From Acidimicrobiia bacterium (lineage in GTDB: Bacteria > Actinomycetota > Acidimicrobiia > IMCC26256 > DASPTH01), in assembly GCA_036502765.1 (NCBI GenBank), contig DASXXX010000047.1:1-62586 (forward strand): DNA of 62,586 nt. Reading direction: 5' to 3'. A program made the position numbers and the translations under genes. This document shows positions 58,787-62,586 of the stretch, one piece after another. Position 1 is the stretch's first letter, and the number at the start of each line of letters is the position of its first letter. The notes under the pieces were generated by a model. That model did no database searches. It was not told where the DNA came from and was given only the letters and a program-made list of their open reading frames with translations.

Positions 58787-61700
58787 ATGACCGGGGTCCC
58801 GACCTACCAATTGCAGACCGGCGCCGTCGGTGCGCGCGAAGTTCTGCACCATTCGCGAACGGTCCGAATCATGTTCGCCGCGTTGGGGCTGCTCGCCGTC
58901 GGTCTGGCGCTCCAACTCGCGGTGTTCGCTCATGGTGGCCACACCGCGCTCAGCGACCTCCCACGCGTGTTCTTGCACCGGGGCGTCGGCCCGGACGCGT
59001 TCCCGTATGTCGACCGCGCCACTGAGTATCCCGTCGGATCGGGGCTCCTGCTCTACGTCGCCGCACTGATCTCACCCGGCGCACTCGGGGTGCTGCTCGT
59101 GACCGCGCTCGCCTCGGCGGCGCTGTGTCTCGTGATCGCCGTTGCCCTCGAGCGGCGTGTCGGAGATCGCGCCTGGCGTTGGGCGCTCGCAGTGCCGGTG
59201 CTCCTCTACGCGTTCCAGAACTGGGACGTCTTCGCCATCGCGGCCCTGGTGGCCGGGTTGCTCGCGTTCGAGCGCCGCCGCGACTGGACCGCTGGCGCGG
59301 CGCTCGGACTCGGCGCGGCGGTGAAGCTCTTCCCGGCGATCGTGCTCCCCCCGCTGATCGCCGTTCGCCTCGCCAGGGGTGACCGACGGGGGGCGGTCCG
59401 GCTGGCCGCGTCGAGCGCGATCGCCTTCGTTGCGATCAACCTGCCAGTCCTGCTGGCCAACCCTTCCGGTTGGTGGTGGCCCACGGCCTTCCAGTCTCGA
59501 CGCAACGCGACCTGGGGCAGCGCGTGGTTCTACCTCTTCCGCCTCGGTGGTCTCCCCGTGCACGGCGCGACGGGCGCGCGGCTCGCCAACGTCGTCTCGC
59601 TCGTCGCATTGGTGGCCGCGGTGAGTTGGCTGACCATCGTGACGATGCGGCGCAGGTTGCCGCCGCTCGCCGCCGCGGGAGCCGCGGTTGCGATCTTCAT
59701 CCTCTGCAACAAGGTCTACTCACCGACGTACGACCTCTGGCTGGTCGTGTTCTTCGTGCTCCTGCCCTTGAGCTCCCGCCTCTGGGCCATCTTCTGTGGC
59801 ATCGATCTCGCGGTGTTCATCACCGTGTACGGCCATTTCCACGGCCTCGACTCCACGCAGTTCGTACGGGTCGTGCTGCCGGTTCTGGTAGCGGTACGAA
59901 CGGTGGTCTTGATCGTCCTCGTGTTCTCATCGACTCGCCCGCTTCCCACTGCGTGGAGGATCTCCCGGCCCGCGAGGGGCGGCTCGAGACCGCCGCTCGG
60001 GCGCGCTTGCCGACCAGGGAACCGCCAGGCCGCGAGGTCGAGAGCCTGGCCGTCCGTGTTCCTCGTCCCGCTGCTGATGTGTTCACTCGTCGGCATGACG
60101 GGTGCCGACGCCGCGGGCGCCGCATCGACCACGACGACCATCGGAGCATCGGGACAGGTCACCGCCGCGACGCTCCCCACCCCGCGGCCGTCGAGCGTCG
60201 ATGCCAGCGGGACCGTGAGCGCGTTTCCGGCGCCGGGCACGCTCACCGCTTCGCCCACCACCACGATCACCTTGCGCGGCGTCGACGCGGCGACGCTGAG
60301 CTCCATCGACGTGTCCGGCGCGAAGAGTGGTAGCCACGCCGGACATTTCCAACCACACGCCGACGGGCTGGGCACCACCTTCGTGCCCGACGCCGCGTTC
60401 ACGGCCGGTGAGAGGGTCACCGTGACAACGGGTCTCTCGGTCCGTGCCGGCACGAATGGGCGGTACATGTTCACGGTCGCGCGTCCCGCGGCGTACCCGG
60501 GCCCGGTCCCGGCCACGACCGCCACCGGCGATCTGCAGCACTTCGTCAGCCGGCCCGATCTCACTCCACCTGTGCTCACGCTCACGACGCCACCGAAGAA
60601 CACCGCGCCCGGCGACATCTTCCTCACTCCCCGGGGCGGGGGCGCGCAGAACGGACCGCTCGTCGTCGACGACGAAGGTCAGCTCGTGTGGTCCGCGCCG
60701 GTGCCGGATGCTCCGGTGTACAACCTCCAGCTGCAGCAATACCGGGGGCAACCGGTGCTCACCTGGTACCAGGGCCCGACCGTCAACCCCGGCATCGGCC
60801 AGGGCATGGGCGTGATCGCCGACGCGAGCTATCGCACGATCGCGCAGGTCCACGCGGTGAATGGCTACGCGGCCGATCTCCACGACATGACGATCACGCC
60901 ACAGGGCACGGCCCTGCTGGTCATCTACAACCCCGTGATCGTCGATGCGTCGTCGGTGGGGGGCTCGAAGAACCAACACGTGTTCGAGCCGGTGATCCAG
61001 GAGATCGACATCGCGACCGGCGCGTTGCTCTTCGAGTGGCACGGGATCGGTTCGATCGCCCTGAACGAGACGCACGCGCCGATGCCCACGGCGGCGAGCA
61101 CCATGTTCGACTACGTGCACCCGAACTCGGTCGCCCTCGACGACGACGGCAACGTGCTCCTCTCTGGGCGACACACATGGACCGTCTACAAGATCGACCG
61201 CGTCAGCGCGACACTCGACTGGCGTCTGGGTGGCAAGGTCGGCAACTTCACGATGCCGAAGAACGCCATGCCGGCCTGGCAACACGATGCCCGACGGAAC
61301 AGTGACGGGACCCTCAGCGTCTTCGACGACGGCGCGGGACTGACGACCACGCACAAGTCGCGCGGGTTGGTGCTCGGCATCGACGAGCACACGATGACCG
61401 CAACCCTCGACCATCAGTACTTCCCACCAAAGCCGATCCAGTCGACCGCCGAAGGGAGCATGCAACTGCTCGCGAACGGGGACTGGCTCGTCGGATGGGG
61501 CAGCCAGCCCGAGTACACGGAGTACGCCCCCGACGGCACCGTGGTGTACGACGTGCACTTCCGGTCGTCGTCGGGCGGCCCCGTCACGTCATACCGCGCC
61601 CTGCGGTACGAATGGAGCGGCCGGCCCACCGACGTCCCCGCGGTCGCGGCTGCGCGTACCAGTGGTGATGCAACCAAGGTCGACGTCAGCTGGAACGGTG

Positions 61701-61894
61701 CCACCGAGGTGAGCACGTGGGCGGTGCTCGCGGGGCCGGACGCCGAGCACCTCACGCGGGTGGCGTCCGCACCGAAGAAGGGATTCGAGACCTCGATCCC
61801 CGTCGTGAGCAACCAGCCCTACTTCGCCGTCCAAGCCCTCGACGCCGCCGGCGCGGTACTGGCGACGTCGGCACCCACGACACCGCGAGCGTGA
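58787..61894 (+). CDS. fusion protein: DUF2029/GT87-like membrane glycosyltransferase + Arylsulfotran_2-like domain
   Basis: Single 1035-codon ORF with no internal stop. The N-terminal ~385 aa are polytopic (TEYPVGSG, GLGAAVKLFPA). An Arg-rich linker and a signal-peptide-like TM follow (WPSVFLVPLLMCSLVGMTGADA). The C-terminal domain has DLHDM, QEIDIATGALLFEW, FDYVHPNS, WQHDAR and SVFDDG motifs. Confidence 0.7.
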   Translation: MTGVPTYQLQTGAVGAREVLHHSRTVRIMFAALGLLAVGLALQLAVFAHGGHTALSDLPRVFLHRGVGPDAFPYVDRATEYPVGSGLLLYVAALISPGALGVLLVTALASAALCLVIAVALERRVGDRAWRWALAVPVLLYAFQNWDVFAIAALVAGLLAFERRRDWTAGAALGLGAAVKLFPAIVLPPLIAVRLARGDRRGAVRLAASSAIAFVAINLPVLLANPSGWWWPTAFQSRRNATWGSAWFYLFRLGGLPVHGATGARLANVVSLVALVAAVSWLTIVTMRRRLPPLAAAGAAVAIFILCNKVYSPTYDLWLVVFFVLLPLSSRLWAIFCGIDLAVFITVYGHFHGLDSTQFVRVVLPVLVAVRTVVLIVLVFSSTRPLPTAWRISRPARGGSRPPLGRACRPGNRQAARSRAWPSVFLVPLLMCSLVGMTGADAAGAASTTTTIGASGQVTAATLPTPRPSSVDASGTVSAFPAPGTLTASPTTTITLRGVDAATLSSIDVSGAKSGSHAGHFQPHADGLGTTFVPDAAFTAGERVTVTTGLSVRAGTNGRYMFTVARPAAYPGPVPATTATGDLQHFVSRPDLTPPVLTLTTPPKNTAPGDIFLTPRGGGAQNGPLVVDDEGQLVWSAPVPDAPVYNLQLQQYRGQPVLTWYQGPTVNPGIGQGMGVIADASYRTIAQVHAVNGYAADLHDMTITPQGTALLVIYNPVIVDASSVGGSKNQHVFEPVIQEIDIATGALLFEWHGIGSIALNETHAPMPTAASTMFDYVHPNSVALDDDGNVLLSGRHTWTVYKIDRVSATLDWRLGGKVGNFTMPKNAMPAWQHDARRNSDGTLSVFDDGAGLTTTHKSRGLVLGIDEHTMTATLDHQYFPPKPIQSTAEGSMQLLANGDWLVGWGSQPEYTEYAPDGTVVYDVHFRSSSGGPVTSYRALRYEWSGRPTDVPAVAAARTSGDATKVDVSWNGATEVSTWAVLAGPDAEHLTRVASAPKKGFETSIPVVSNQPYFAVQALDAAGAVLATSAPTTPRA

Positions 61895-62586
61895 GGGCGC
61901 TGGCGGGATTCGTGGTCGCCGGCCTGCTCCTGCCGATCTTGGGGTTCAGTGCGGCGAGCGGGCCGGGGGCGGCGGCGACGCCGAGCGTGTCGGGACGGCC
62001 CAACATCGTCTTCATCCTCACCGACGACCTCGACGCGACGACGTATGACCCGGCGCGCTTTCCCGCGCTGAGGGACCTGATGACGAGCCAGGGCGTCACG
62101 TTCTCGCACTTCTTCGTCGACGATTCGCTGTGCTGCCCGTCGCGGGCGTCGATCCTCCGGGGCCAATACGTGCACAACACGGGCGTGGTCAACAACGTGT
62201 TGCCGACGGGCGGTTTCGAACGCTTCCACGCCGACGGTCTCGAGTCGTCGACGGTGGCGACTTGGCTCCATGCGAGCGGCTACCGGACCGGGCTCTTCGG
62301 CAAGTACCTCAACGGCTACCCGAACACGGTCTCGCCCCGCTACGTGCCGCCAGGCTGGGACACCTGGGTGAGCCCGAGCGGCGGCAACCCGTACGCGGAG
62401 TTCCACTACCTGCTCAACGACAACCGCAGGCTCGTGCCGCACGGTCGCAAGCCAAACGACTACCTGGTCGACGTGCTCGCGCGGAAGACGGTCGGGTTCA
62501 TCAAGGCCGAAGCGGGCCATCCCTTCTTCGCGTACGTGGCGCCCTACGCGCCGCACCAGCCCGCCACCCCGGCGCCCCGGTACGCC
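61891..62586 (+). CDS. formylglycine-dependent sulfatase, N-terminal 232 codons (3' end outside window)
   Basis: GTG 61891 overlaps the preceding stop (GTGA). Signal peptide VRALAGFVVAGLLLPILGFSAASG, NIVFILTDD, CCPSRASILRG. Absent from the ORF track because no stop lies in the window. Confidence 0.85.
   Translation, partial: MRALAGFVVAGLLLPILGFSAASGPGAAATPSVSGRPNIVFILTDDLDATTYDPARFPALRDLMTSQGVTFSHFFVDDSLCCPSRASILRGQYVHNTGVVNNVLPTGGFERFHADGLESSTVATWLHASGYRTGLFGKYLNGYPNTVSPRYVPPGWDTWVSPSGGNPYAEFHYLLNDNRRLVPHGRKPNDYLVDVLARKTVGFIKAEAGHPFFAYVAPYAPHQPATPAPRYA

Noticed and set aside
58787-61894. Treating the 1035-codon ORF as two separate genes
   Set aside because: There is no stop codon anywhere between the membrane and sulfotransferase-like halves in the given sequence. 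I kept it as one CDS, but flagged a possible internal start or sequencing error as something to test.
1-62586. Search for mobile elements, prophage, toxin-antitoxin or known defence systems
   Set aside because: I recognised no transposase, integrase, recombinase, phage structural gene, nuclease/helicase/methylase defence signature or terminal inverted repeats. The only hints of foreign DNA are two lower-GC secreted-protein genes and the adjacent decay patch.

Overview
High-GC (roughly 70% by eye) actinobacterial-type chromosomal segment. It is gene-dense: I call about 68 protein-coding genes, many translationally coupled through ATGA/GTGA/TGATG overlaps. I could not recognise any rRNA, tRNA, CRISPR array, transposase, integrase or known defence gene. 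All calls come from reading the six-frame track and the DNA by eye; no searches were run. Content is mostly accessory metabolism and envelope functions: a TetR-controlled four-subunit 2-oxoacid:ferredoxin oxidoreductase operon; an ECF42 sigma/DGPF pair; a stand-alone LigD polymerase domain; a five-gene catabolic operon (ThDP enzyme, TauD dioxygenase, amidohydrolase, Ldh2 dehydrogenase, crotonase); several serine-hydrolase and VOC paralogues; a sulfotransferase operon; an ArsR operon; and an ApbE/FMN-binding/ferric-reductase module. Three things seem most worth a second look. (1) 48.9-62.6 kb is an envelope glycosylation locus (GtrA, Ppm1-like synthase, three GT-C-like membrane glycosyltransferases). 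One glycosyltransferase is fused in a single ORF to an arylsulfotransferase-like domain and is translationally coupled to a formylglycine-type sulfatase. This is my best candidate for an undescribed system: extracytoplasmic glycan mannosylation plus PAPS-independent sulfation and desulfation. (2) Short (12-15 bp) tandem duplications recur exactly at stop/start gene junctions, creating chains of 2-6 codon mini-ORFs that relay stop-start overlaps between real genes. (3) A secreted beta-lactamase-fold protein has lost the SxxK lysine and sits behind an unusually long structured leader, next to a patch of gene decay.
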